Shown here: positions 8,069 through 18,000 of the stretch, in pieces
Position numbering within the stretch: position 1 is the stretch's first letter
Layout of the letters: each line of letters opens with the position of its first letter
Source: Gemmatimonadales bacterium
GTDB taxonomy: Bacteria > Gemmatimonadota > Gemmatimonadetes > Gemmatimonadales > GWC2-71-9
Assembly: GCA_035693225.1 (NCBI GenBank)
Contig: DASSGV010000025.1
Coordinates: forward strand, 21,814 to 85,813
Length of the DNA stretch: 64,000 nt
Direction: 5' to 3'
Translations under genes and position numbers: made by a program
Notes under the pieces: generated by a model
Told to the model about the DNA's origin: nothing
The model's database searches: none
The model's input: the letters and a program-made list of their open reading frames with translations, nothing else

Positions 8069-9324
8069 TCGTACCGCAGCGCCTCCACCGGGTCGAGTCG
8101 GCTGGCCTTGAGCGCCGGATACATCCCGAAGAGCACCCCGGTCAGGATCGCGGCGGCGATGGCCGTCACGACGGCGGTCATCGGGATGGCCGCGGGGAGG
8201 GGGGTGGTGGCGCGGATGGCGAGAGCCACCAGTCCGCCCAGGAGCATCCCCACGGTGCAGCCGATCAGGGTGAGGGTGGCGGCCTCGACCAGGAACTGGA
8301 AGAGGATCTCGCGGCGGGTGGCGCCCAGGGCCTTGCGGACGCCGATCTCGCGGGTGCGCTCGGTGACGGAGATCATCATGATGGCCACGACACCGACGCC
8401 GCCCACCATCAGGCCGACCGCCGACAGCGCGAACATCACGAAGAAGAAGCCCTGCGTCACACTCTTGAAGGTGTCGAGCAGTTTGTCCTGGGTCACCAGC
8501 GAGAAGTTGTTGTCCTGCGCCGGCTTGAGCCCGCGGCTGCCGCGGAGCGCCGCGGTGACCTCGTCCATCGCGTCGCCCACGCTGACGCTGTCCTTCGGCA
8601 GGACCGCGAACTGCATCCAGCCCTTCCAATAGTCCGCCGACTTGACGAAGGCGGAGTGCGGGATGGTGAGCTTGGGGGAATCGGCGTCGCCGAAGAGGGA
8701 GGCCGGTTCCGCGTACACCCCGATGACGTCGAAGGGCTGCCCGAACACCTTGAGCGAGCGGCCGACCGGATCGAGGTTGGGGAAGACGGTCTGGGCCAGC
8801 TTTTCGTTGATCACCGCCACGTGGGAGCCGGCCGCCTCCTCGACGCCGCTGTAGTTCCGCCCCTCGATGATGGTGCCGCCGACGGTGTAGATCCAGGCGG
8901 GGCTCATCCCGGCGACGGCCACGCTCGCGAGCTTCTGGCTGCCGTAGCTCACCGGGCCCTGGCTGTCCTCCTCGTACATCACGTCCTTGATGCCGGGAAG
9001 CTTCCGGATCATCTCGGCCTCGTCGACCTTGAGCCACGGATTGTGGCGCCAGGGGGACATCTCGTCCGATCCGTCGCTGATCATCAATCCGCCCTGGAAG
9101 AAGCGGAAGACGAAGAAGGTCTTGGGCCCGAGCTGGTCGAGTTGTGCCTGGACGCTCCGGTTGATGCCGGTGATGGCCGAGGCCATCGAGATCACGACCG
9201 CCACGCCGATGGCCACCCCGAGGATGGTCAGCGCGGCGCGGACCTTGTTGCCCCGGACGGAATCGAACGCGATGCCGATGCCTTCGAGCAGCCGGGCGGG
9301 ATCGAGCAGGGTGCGACGCTTCAT
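8065..9324 (-). CDS. ABC transporter permease, MacB/FtsX family with a large periplasmic domain
   Basis: N-terminal TM, a ~200-aa periplasmic domain and a C-terminal FtsX region (ERTREIGVRKALGATRREI). Start set at ATG 9324 (MKRRTLL), with an ATGA overlap with the upstream paralogue. The track ORF 8065..9726 is an over-extension. Confidence 0.85.
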   Translation of the reverse strand: MKRRTLLDPARLLEGIGIAFDSVRGNKVRAALTILGVAIGVAVVISMASAITGINRSVQAQLDQLGPKTFFVFRFFQGGLMISDGSDEMSPWRHNPWLKVDEAEMIRKLPGIKDVMYEEDSQGPVSYGSQKLASVAVAGMSPAWIYTVGGTIIEGRNYSGVEEAAGSHVAVINEKLAQTVFPNLDPVGRSLKVFGQPFDVIGVYAEPASLFGDADSPKLTIPHSAFVKSADYWKGWMQFAVLPKDSVSVGDAMDEVTAALRGSRGLKPAQDNNFSLVTQDKLLDTFKSVTQGFFFVMFALSAVGLMVGGVGVVAIMMISVTERTREIGVRKALGATRREILFQFLVEAATLTLIGCTVGMLLGGLVALAIRATTPLPAAIPMTAVVTAIAAAILTGVLFGMYPALKASRLDPVEALRYE

Positions 9325-10562
9325 TCGGCCCTCAGGGCGGCGATGGGATCGAGCTTGGCGGCGCGGTTGGCCGGGTAGACACCCGCCACGATGCCGACGG
9401 CCATTCCGACGGCCACGCCCACCGCGACCGACCAGGGTGCCACGGCGGCGGGGAGGGGACTGATCGCGGAGACCAGGAAGGCGAGGCCGAATCCGGTGCC
9501 GATGCCGAGGGCGGCGCCGAGGGTGGAGAGGGTGGCGGACTCGACCAGGAACTGGAAGAGGATGTCCCAGTGGCGGGCGCCGAGGGCCTTGCGGACGCCG
9601 ATCTCGCGGGTCCGTTCGGTCACGGCGACGAGCATGATGTTCATGATGACGATGCCGCCCACCACGAGTCCGATGCCCACCAGGAGCGGCAGCGCCTTCA
9701 TCAGGAACCCGGAGATCTTCTTCCACCCGGCGAGGGCGGTCTCCGAGGAGCTGAGCTCGAAGTTGTCGGCCTGGTCGGGCTTCAAGTGCCGGCGGGTCCG
9801 CATCAGCGCCTCGACCTCGGACCGCGCCTGGAGCATCAGGTCAGGGGTCGCGGCCTGGAAGGAGACGTAGTCCACCTTGCCGAGGGGGCAGATGATCCGC
9901 CGGGCCGGCGCGGAGTACGGCACCACGCCGAACTTGTCGAGCGACTGCCCGAAGAGCGTTCCTTGCGGTGCGACGACCCCGATGACCCGGTAGGGGATGC
10001 CGTTGACCTGGATATCGTGACCCAATGGATCGACGCCGGCAAAGAACTTCTCGGCCACGAGGCTGCCGATCACCATCACCGGGCTGCCGACCCTGAGCTC
10101 CTGCTCGGAGAAGATCCGGCCTTCGCTCAGGTCGTAGTTCTTGACCTTGAAAAAGGAGGGCTCGGTGCCGATGACCGAGATCCCCTTGCCCTGCTTCCCG
10201 TTGACCGTGAAGGTCTCCGGATCCCGGCAGTAGCGCGCCACCGTGACGGGCGTCTGGATCCGGGCCTGGACGTAGTCGGCGTCGGCGTAGCTGATCCGGG
10301 GCCGGCGTTGCCATTCGCGCCACATGTCCTGGGTCACGTTGCCGGTCTGCAGCTGCGGGAACTGGCTCAGCTGGAAGGTGTTCAGGCCGATCAGCGTGTT
10401 GGCGAACTTGTCTTCCATGTACTTGTTCATCCCCGTGATGATGCTGACCACGGCGATGAGGAAGGTGACGCCGATCAGCACGCCGATCATCGAGAAGAAG
10501 CTCTTGAGCTTCTGGCTCACGATGGTGTGCAGGGCCATCCGGATGGCGTCGAAGAATTTCAT
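9321..10562 (-). CDS. ABC transporter permease, MacB/FtsX family (paralogue of the downstream gene)
   Basis: Same architecture as the downstream gene, with ERTREIGVRKALGARHWDI in the FtsX region. Confidence 0.85.
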   Translation of the reverse strand: MKFFDAIRMALHTIVSQKLKSFFSMIGVLIGVTFLIAVVSIITGMNKYMEDKFANTLIGLNTFQLSQFPQLQTGNVTQDMWREWQRRPRISYADADYVQARIQTPVTVARYCRDPETFTVNGKQGKGISVIGTEPSFFKVKNYDLSEGRIFSEQELRVGSPVMVIGSLVAEKFFAGVDPLGHDIQVNGIPYRVIGVVAPQGTLFGQSLDKFGVVPYSAPARRIICPLGKVDYVSFQAATPDLMLQARSEVEALMRTRRHLKPDQADNFELSSSETALAGWKKISGFLMKALPLLVGIGLVVGGIVIMNIMLVAVTERTREIGVRKALGARHWDILFQFLVESATLSTLGAALGIGTGFGLAFLVSAISPLPAAVAPWSVAVGVAVGMAVGIVAGVYPANRAAKLDPIAALRAE

Positions 10563-10563
10563 C

Positions 10564-11265
10564 TCAGGCTGCGGCCTCGCGGTTCTGCTGATCGCTCGCG
10601 ATGCGCCCGTCCCGGATCACGATGGTCCGGTGGGCGTGCTGGGCCACGTCCGGTTCGTGCGTCACCAGGACGATGGTCTGTCCCTGGCGGTGCAGGCCCT
10701 CGAAGACCCCCAGGATCTCCTCGCTGGTGGTGCTGTCGAGGTTGCCGGTGGGTTCATCGGCGAGGAGGATCGACGGATCGTTGACCAGCCCCCGGGCGAT
10801 GGCCACCCGCTGGCGCTGCCCGCCGGAGAGTTCGTTGGGTCGGTGGCCCATCCGGTCTCCCAGGCCCACGCGCTGGAGCGCATCCACCGCGCGCCGCCGC
10901 CGCTCACCGGCGGAAAGCCCGGCGTACACCAGCGGGAGCTCGACGTTCTGCAGGGCGGAGGCGCGGGGCAGGAGGTTGAACGTCTGGAAGACGAAGCCGA
11001 TCTCCTTGTTCCGCACCCGGGCCAGGGCGTCGTCGGACATCCGCGACACCTCCTGCCCGTTGAGCCAGTACTCCCCGGCGCTCGGCGTGTCGAGGCAGCC
11101 GAGGAGGTTCATCAACGTCGACTTGCCGGAGCCGGAGGGGCCCATGATCGCCACGTACTCGTTGCGCCGGATCTCGAGCGAGACGCCGCGGAGCGCGTGG
11201 ACCACCTCGCTCCCCATCACGTACGAGCGCTCCAGCCCGGTCACCCGGATGACGACGTCGCTCAC
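10564..11265 (-). CDS. ABC transporter ATP-binding protein (MacB/LolD-type, stand-alone NBD)
   Basis: Walker [10 protein letters not shown], signature LSGGQRQR, Walker [12 protein letters not shown] and H-loop VTHE are all intact. Confidence 0.95.
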   Translation of the reverse strand: MSDVVIRVTGLERSYVMGSEVVHALRGVSLEIRRNEYVAIMGPSGSGKSTLMNLLGCLDTPSAGEYWLNGQEVSRMSDDALARVRNKEIGFVFQTFNLLPRASALQNVELPLVYAGLSAGERRRRAVDALQRVGLGDRMGHRPNELSGGQRQRVAIARGLVNDPSILLADEPTGNLDSTTSEEILGVFEGLHRQGQTIVLVTHEPDVAQHAHRTIVIRDGRIASDQQNREAAA

Positions 11266-12557
11266 TTGGACGGACCCGCCATCGCCATGGGCAGGCTGGC
11301 GCGGACGCGGGAGCTGTCCTTCAGGTCGCGGATGGCCTGGTAGGTCCCGGCCACGATCGTCTGGCCCTCGGTGAGCCCGGTCAGCACCTCGAAGTATTCG
11401 TCGCCTGCGATGCCGACCTTCACCGGATGGAAGGTGGCCACGCCGTTGTCCACCACGAACACGCCCTCGGTGTCCTTCGGCTTGATGGCGGCGGTGTCGG
11501 AGGGCGCCTTGGCACCCTGCTCGGGGCGCGCCGCGCGCTGCTCGTTGGGCAGCGCGGTGTGCTGCCGGACCGTGAGCGCAATGATCGGGATGCTCAGCGC
11601 CTGCTTCCGGACGTCGGTCACGATCCGGGCGGTGCAGCTCAGGTCGGGTCGGATGTCCGCCGGCGGGTGGTCGAGCGTCACCTCGACCTGGAAGTCGACC
11701 GCCTTGTCGGCGGTGCCATTGGTGATCGCACCGGAGGTCAGGACCGCGCTGTTGCTGATCTTGGTGACCCGTCCGGTGAACGTCGTGTCCGGGAAGGCGT
11801 CGATGCTCACCACAACCGAGTCGCCGATGGCCAGGCGGACCACGTCGGTCTCATCCACCTGGACGTTCGCGAGGATCGTGCCCAGGTCGGCGACGGTCGC
11901 CAGCAGCGCGTTGTCCTTGGAGAACGTCGCCGGGACGGCCACCTCGCCCACCTCGACGGGGAGGCGGGTGACGCGGCCGTCGATCGGTGCGAAGATCCGG
12001 CTGCGGTTCAGGTCGCTCTCGGCGCGGTCGACATTGGCGCGGTTCTGCGCCACCTGCGCCTGGGCGGAGTTGTAGTTGGCCACCGCAACGTCGTAGGCCG
12101 TCTGCGCCTGCTCCACCTGTTCCGTCGAGATCAGGGCGTTGCCGCTCTTCTTGAGCTCCTGGGCCCGCTGCAGCGAGCGCTGGGCCTGGTCGCGGTTGGC
12201 GCTGGCCTGCACCTGGGAGGCCTGGCTCGAGGAGAGCAGGGCGCGCGCCTGCGAGACCGCCGCCTGGTACTGCGTCGGGTCGATCTGCAGGATGAACTGG
12301 CCCTTCTTGACCAGGTCCCCCTCCTTGACGCCGATCTGGATGATCCGGCCGGTGATGTCGGCGGTGACGTCCACCGACGTCTTCGCCTCGATGTGCCCGC
12401 TGGAGGTGACGGCGGCCACCAGATCCCGCCGGGCGACCTTCTCCATCCGGACGTCCACGACGTTGTTGTTCTTCTTGGCGGCCGCGAGGGCGAAGATGCC
12501 CCCGACGACGACCACCACCAACGTCACGAGCAGTCCGAGCTTGGTTCGACGCGACAT
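11262..12557 (-). CDS. Efflux transporter periplasmic adaptor (MacA/HlyD family)
   Basis: N-terminal TM, coiled-coil hairpin and lipoyl/beta-barrel segments. Start trimmed to ATG 12557 ([11 protein letters not shown]), 19 nt after the tolC-like stop. Confidence 0.85.
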   Translation of the reverse strand: MSRRTKLGLLVTLVVVVVGGIFALAAAKKNNNVVDVRMEKVARRDLVAAVTSSGHIEAKTSVDVTADITGRIIQIGVKEGDLVKKGQFILQIDPTQYQAAVSQARALLSSSQASQVQASANRDQAQRSLQRAQELKKSGNALISTEQVEQAQTAYDVAVANYNSAQAQVAQNRANVDRAESDLNRSRIFAPIDGRVTRLPVEVGEVAVPATFSKDNALLATVADLGTILANVQVDETDVVRLAIGDSVVVSIDAFPDTTFTGRVTKISNSAVLTSGAITNGTADKAVDFQVEVTLDHPPADIRPDLSCTARIVTDVRKQALSIPIIALTVRQHTALPNEQRAARPEQGAKAPSDTAAIKPKDTEGVFVVDNGVATFHPVKVGIAGDEYFEVLTGLTEGQTIVAGTYQAIRDLKDSSRVRASLPMAMAGPSK

Positions 12558-12576
12558 GCGAGAGATCCCCTCTGGG

Positions 12577-14160
12577 TCAGCGAATGGGACGGCCGACCGC
12601 CGCTTCCAGCGCGGCAATGGCCTTCTGGTAATCGTACACGGAGTTGATGTAGCCGGCCTCGGCGGCGGTCAGCGAATTCTCGGCATCGGCCAGCTCGAGC
12701 GACGTGCCGCTCCCGATCCGGAAGCGCCCTTCCGCCAACTGCACCTGGTCCTGCGCGAACTCCTGTGCCGAACGCTGCACGGTGATCGCCTGCCAGGCGG
12801 TCTGGAGCGCGAGGTACTTGGCCTGGACATCGGCATGCACCTGCAACTTCGCTGCGCGCACCGTCTCATCCGCGTCGTCGCGCTGCGCCTCGGCCTGGGA
12901 GAGGTGGAGGTGCCGGCTGAAGCCGGTGAAGATCGGCAGCGAGATCGACACGCTGGCCTGGAACGGCTGGGTCTGGAACTTGAACGGGAAGACGTTGTTC
13001 GCGTTCCGGATCTGCTGCGCGACCGTATCGTTGAGCGCCGTTCCGCCCGCATTGAGGCCGAACGCGGTATTGCAGTTCGCGATCAATCCCTGATTGGGAT
13101 AGGGCAGCGTGTCGGTCAGCCGGCTCGCGATCGCGTTTTGGTACTCGCAGTCGGCGACGTTGCCGAGCGCGCCGCCATACGCCTGGTTGAGCAGCAGGTT
13201 CGTGTTGGTGAACTGTTGGGTGAAACCGCTCCACCCGGCGTTGAAGTTGAGCGACGGCAGGAACGCAGACTTGCTGGCCCGGACCGACCAGACCGCGGCG
13301 GCCTGACGTGATTCGGCAGCCCGCAAGGTCGGGTTCATCTCGTCGGCGGAGGTCTGCAGGTCTGCCAGCGCCACGGGCAGCGAGTCGACCGGGAAGGTGT
13401 CGGTGAGCGTGATGGTGTTGAGCGGCGCCGGCGGTGTGATGCCGATCTGCCGGAAGAGCTCGAGCTTCGCCTCGTTGGCGGCCTGACGGGCCCGCAACAG
13501 GGCAAGGTCGGACTGGCTCTTGGTGACCTGTGCCTGGCGCACGTCGATCAGGGTGGCCTGGCCGGCGGAGAGGCGCGCCTGCGCCAACTGCAGGAAGTCG
13601 GCGTTCCGGCTCACTTGGCGTTCCGCCACGCCCACCTGTGCCACCGCCGCGAGGACGGTCAGGTATTGGGTGGTGATCGAGGTCTTGAGCGTGATGCCGG
13701 CGTTGGTGATGTCGTCTTCGGTCGCGCGCCGGTTGGCCTTCTGCAACGCCGGGGCCGTGAGCACGCTGCCATCGAGCCGCCAGGTGAACCCGGCGAAATA
13801 ATTGGAGGAGAGCGAGGGTGAGGTCTGATTGAAGGTGCTGCCGCCGAAGGTCGATTGGCCCGCACCGGTATACCCCATCCCGCCGGAGACGCTGGCCCCC
13901 GGCAGCAGCGCCGCGTAGGCGTTGCGCACCGACCAATTGGCGGGGCCCTCGTTATTGACCGCCTGGCGATACACCGGGCTGTTCTGGCGCGCCATCGACA
14001 AGGCATCCGCCAGCGTCATCGTCACGGGCTGGACCGCGGGCGTTGCGGCTGCCGGCGACATTGCGGCGGTCGGTTGCTGGGCGCGAAGGGGAGCGCTGCG
14101 CAGGGAGGCTGCAAGCAGGCACGGAACCATCCAGCCGAATGACCGGTACGACATCAGCAC
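12577..14160 (-). CDS. tolC: TolC-family outer membrane efflux protein
   Basis: Signal peptide and two OEP repeats. First gene of the efflux operon. The in-frame ATG at 14154 lies about 6 nt after a GAGGA motif and may be the true start. Confidence 0.85.
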   Translation of the reverse strand: MLMSYRSFGWMVPCLLAASLRSAPLRAQQPTAAMSPAAATPAVQPVTMTLADALSMARQNSPVYRQAVNNEGPANWSVRNAYAALLPGASVSGGMGYTGAGQSTFGGSTFNQTSPSLSSNYFAGFTWRLDGSVLTAPALQKANRRATEDDITNAGITLKTSITTQYLTVLAAVAQVGVAERQVSRNADFLQLAQARLSAGQATLIDVRQAQVTKSQSDLALLRARQAANEAKLELFRQIGITPPAPLNTITLTDTFPVDSLPVALADLQTSADEMNPTLRAAESRQAAAVWSVRASKSAFLPSLNFNAGWSGFTQQFTNTNLLLNQAYGGALGNVADCEYQNAIASRLTDTLPYPNQGLIANCNTAFGLNAGGTALNDTVAQQIRNANNVFPFKFQTQPFQASVSISLPIFTGFSRHLHLSQAEAQRDDADETVRAAKLQVHADVQAKYLALQTAWQAITVQRSAQEFAQDQVQLAEGRFRIGSGTSLELADAENSLTAAEAGYINSVYDYQKAIAALEAAVGRPIR

Positions 14161-14281
14161 TCCTCACTATTGAGAACCATTGGTACGGGAAGATACGGAA
14201 GGTCTCGGCGGGAAGTTTCAGCTTGCGACAACCACAGTGTAAGACGTTGCCGGAAAGCTCTTTAGCGGCAGCTGGCCAGAT

Positions 14282-14947
14282 TCATGGGCCGGAGACCGTC
14301 GCAGCGAGATCCCGGGTCGGTAGGATGATCCGGGCCAGCCGACCGTTGCGCTCGAATTCGACCTCGACCGACGCATCGCCGGTCACCCGTATGACCGTCT
14401 CCCCGCTCGACGTGGTGGTGCGCTCGAGCGTCAACGTCCCGCGCTTTCCAGTGCGCGGCCAGACGGCCGGCACTGACACCGGATGTTCGCCGGCCAACGC
14501 GGCCACGGCCAGCCACGGTGCAAAGAGGCTGTCGTCCACCACCACCGTCCGCGGACCGAACGGGAACTCCCGGGCCGATTCCCGCCCTTCGGTGGCGGTC
14601 CGGACCGTGAGGCGCCGGGCGGCGGCCTGCACGTAGGTCCGCCAGGCATGTTCCGGCGTCTGGAGGTCGAATTGGGCCGCGGTCAATGTCCCGCCCCCAG
14701 AACGCTCGATGACGCCGGTGAGCTGGACCCGCGCCCGGAGGGCGGGGTAGCGCGCGATCCCGGTGAGTGTGGTCGTGCCGGATCCGGCACTCGCCGGCTC
14801 GAGGCGGATCGACTCCTGGCCCACCTCGGATCCCCCGGAGGCGATCACCAGCGTATAGGTGACCGCTCCCTGGGCAGCCACGGCCGGCACGACCGACGTC
14901 GCGAGCACGAGCAGGGTCGCCAAGTAGATGGGGAGGCGCATACCCAC
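14282..14947 (-). CDS. Hypothetical secreted protein (signal peptide, beta-rich)
   Basis: Signal peptide LLVLATSVVPAVAAQG. No family recognised. Divergent from the large histidine kinase across a 53-nt spacer. Confidence 0.55.
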   Translation of the reverse strand: MGMRLPIYLATLLVLATSVVPAVAAQGAVTYTLVIASGGSEVGQESIRLEPASAGSGTTTLTGIARYPALRARVQLTGVIERSGGGTLTAAQFDLQTPEHAWRTYVQAAARRLTVRTATEGRESAREFPFGPRTVVVDDSLFAPWLAVAALAGEHPVSVPAVWPRTGKRGTLTLERTTTSSGETVIRVTGDASVEVEFERNGRLARIILPTRDLAATVSGP

Positions 14948-15000
14948 AAAGATAGGGTGAATATCTGCACGCGCCCACCGTGGGGCGCTAAGTTCGAGGG

Positions 15001-18000
15001 GTGAGCCCCTCCGATCGCGGGCACTGGTGGACCATCCCGACCGCCCTCGCGGCCCTGGCCGCCGGGGCGTGGCTGCGATCGCCGCAGTTCATCTGGGTGG
15101 CCGCGGCCGCGGCGGCTTCCCTCGGCGCGGTGTGGCTGCTCCTTCCCGGCGGCCAGCGGCGCCGGCGCGTGCTGGCGTTCGTGTTGCTGGCACTGCCGGT
15201 AGTCATGGTGATCGTCCAGTGGCGGGTGTGGCGGATCGCGGCGCACTGGCCGGACGAACGGGAGGCGCGGATCGAGCGCGCGTCGGCGCGTCTCCAGCGC
15301 GACCTCACATTCGGCGTGACCGCCGATGAGCGGATCGCGACCCGCGCGACCGCGGACTGCGCATTGGGGCGCACCGACGCCTTCCAGCGCCTGGCCGACC
15401 TGACCCCGGGCAGCGAAGCGGAACTCTCGGTCGCGATCCTCGATGCCGATGGGACTCCGTGGGCGTGGGCCGGCCGCCACCGGTTGCTCCCCGATGCGGC
15501 CGGGGATTCGTTGACGGTGCGTGCCAGCAAGTACTACCTGCTGCTCGAGAGTCGGCATCCGTGTGCGGCACACCGGACCGTGGTGGCGAGCCTGCTGATC
15601 TGGGCCGACCCGGTCGATCCCGACCGTGGCGCCTCTCTCGTGGAGCGCTTCCGCGCCGCCACCGGCGTGAGCCTCCAGGTCTATCCGGCCGGCACCGCTC
15701 CCAATGACGCGGACGTGTTCGACTATCAGGTCGATGCGCCCGCCGGCCCACGCACACTCTTCAGCGTCCGACCGCAGCCTCCCGGCCAGGCGGACGCGCG
15801 CGCGGCGACCCTGGAGGTCGGGGCCGGGATGGCAGGTTGGCTGCTCGTCCTCCTGCTCCTCGTCTCGATCAGCGTGAGCACCCTCGTGCGCCAGCGACTT
15901 GCATTCTCGGTGATCGGGCTCGGCCTCCTCGCATTTGTGCCCCTGGGCTCCGCCCTTGGGGCGGCGACGCTGTTCAGCTCGGCGACGTTCTTTCGTTCCC
16001 TCCTGGGGCCGTTCTCCGCGTCGGCGGGGATCCTCGGTGCCACCGGTGTCACCGTCTTCGTGGCGGGCGTGGCCCTGTGGCGCCATCGGCTGCGACGCAC
16101 CTGGCCGGGGAGCGCGGTGGGCATCGTGCTGCTCATCGGGGCGCCGTTCCTGGTCAGCGACCTCGCCCGCGGGATCACGCCGCCGGTCGATGGTGTGCCG
16201 CTCTCACTCTGGCTCACCTGGCAATGCGCCTTGATGACCGCGGCCGCCGCCCTGGTGATGATCGCGGCGGCACTGCTGCGGGGGCGTGAAGACGCCGGCA
16301 AGATGCCCCGGACGCACTGGGTGGCGATCGCCGTCGCGCTCATTGCCACGGCGGTGGGACTGATCGTCTGGAACCCGCACTACGGATGGCCCGACTGGTA
16401 CACGTTCCTCTGGGCGCCGGCGCTGGTGCTGCTGATGCGGCCGGCGCCAAAGTGGGCGGTGGTGCTGGGCGTGGGACTGGTGGCGGGGAGCGCCGCCGGG
16501 CTGGTCACGTGGGGCGCGGAGCTCGAGGGCCGGTTGCTGGTCGCCGGGCGGGATATCGGCAGGCTGGGCGATGAGCCCGATCCGTTCGCGGTGCCCCAGC
16601 TGGAAAAGTTCGCGCAGCAGGTGTCGACGGCTCCGGTGCCCTCGAGCGCGGCCGAGCTGTACGCGCTCTGGCACGCGTCGGCAATCGCGCAGCAGGACTA
16701 TCCCGCGGTGCTCACCCTCTGGTCGCCCGACGGGACACCGCAGGTGGAGCTGCCACTCGATTCGCTCGACCTGCCGGAGCGGCTGGTCGCCGCATTCGTG
16801 CGCAACATGGACACGACCGTCTCCACCGAGGTCGCGAGTCTGGCGCGGGTGCCGGGCATCCACTACCTGCTGCTGGTGCGCCTGAGCGACCACCAGGTAC
16901 TCAGCGCCGCGGTGGGGCCACGGACCGCGCTGATCCAGCCGGACCGGCTCTCCCGGCTGCTGGATCAACCGGCCCGCGGTGCACCGCTCTACGACCTGCT
17001 CCTGTCCTACCCGGGGCCGGAACCGGTGGCGGACAGTGCGCGCCTGGTGTGGGTGCGCCAGGGATGGGAGGTGCGGGGCGAGCGGCTGATCGCGCTGCCC
17101 GGCGGCATCCGGCACGTCCACGCCCGGGTCGACCTCCGGGGACCGGCGCCGTTGCTGGTACGCGGGGTGCTGGTCCTGCTCCTCGATGTCGCGGCGCTCG
17201 CACTCCTGTGGCTGCTGGGCGAGCTGCTCGTCGGATGGCCATTGGGTCAGCTGCCGATACGTCGCTGGACCCACTCGTTCCGATTGCGGCTGGGGCTCAC
17301 GCTGGCGGTGTTCTTCGTCGTCCCGGCCGCCGGGTTTGCGGTGTGGAGCGTGGTGCGGGTGGGGCGCGACGGGGAGCGCGAACAGGACCTGCTGCTCACC
17401 CAGGCGCTCCGTGCGGCCCAGCCGCTGGCGGCCGCGGTGCTGCAGGGTCCGCCGGAACAGACCGCCGACGGCCTGCGGGACCTGAGTCGCCGGGCGAACC
17501 TCGATGTCGGCCTGTATCAGGGCGGTGAGCTCATCGGCGTCAGTGCGCCGGTGCTGGCTGACCTCGGGGTCCTCCCGCCGCTCCTGACGCCGGATGCGTA
17601 CACTGACCTGGCGTTGAGCGATGCCCTGGAGCGGGTCGAGAGCGTGCCCGGGGCCGGTCACACGCTGCGGATGGGCTATCGTGTGGTGCGCCCCGGGACG
17701 GCGGCAGGCGTCGGGATCATCGCGGCACCGCGCCTCGGCGATGATCCGTCACTGGGCCAGGAGCAGCTCGATCTGGTGTATGTGCTGCTGCTGGCCACCC
17801 TGCTCGGGACCGCTGCCGCCGTGCTTGCCGCCGGTGTGGTGGCGCGCGCGCTCTCGCGGCCGGTGTCGGATCTCCGTCGCGCCGCGGTCGCGCTGGGGCA
17901 GGGGTTGCCGGCGCCGTCGGGCGCGGCCACGCCGCCGGTCGAGTTCGAGCCGGTGTTCGGGGCCTTTTCCCGGATGGCTGCTGATGTCCGCGCCAGCCAG

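Noticed and set aside
8065-9726. 553-aa ORF suggesting a much longer permease.
   Set aside because: The first 134 codons overlap the 3' end of the upstream paralogue in another frame and are Arg/Pro/Gly-rich. ATG 9324 gives an ATGA-coupled, full-length FtsX-type permease.
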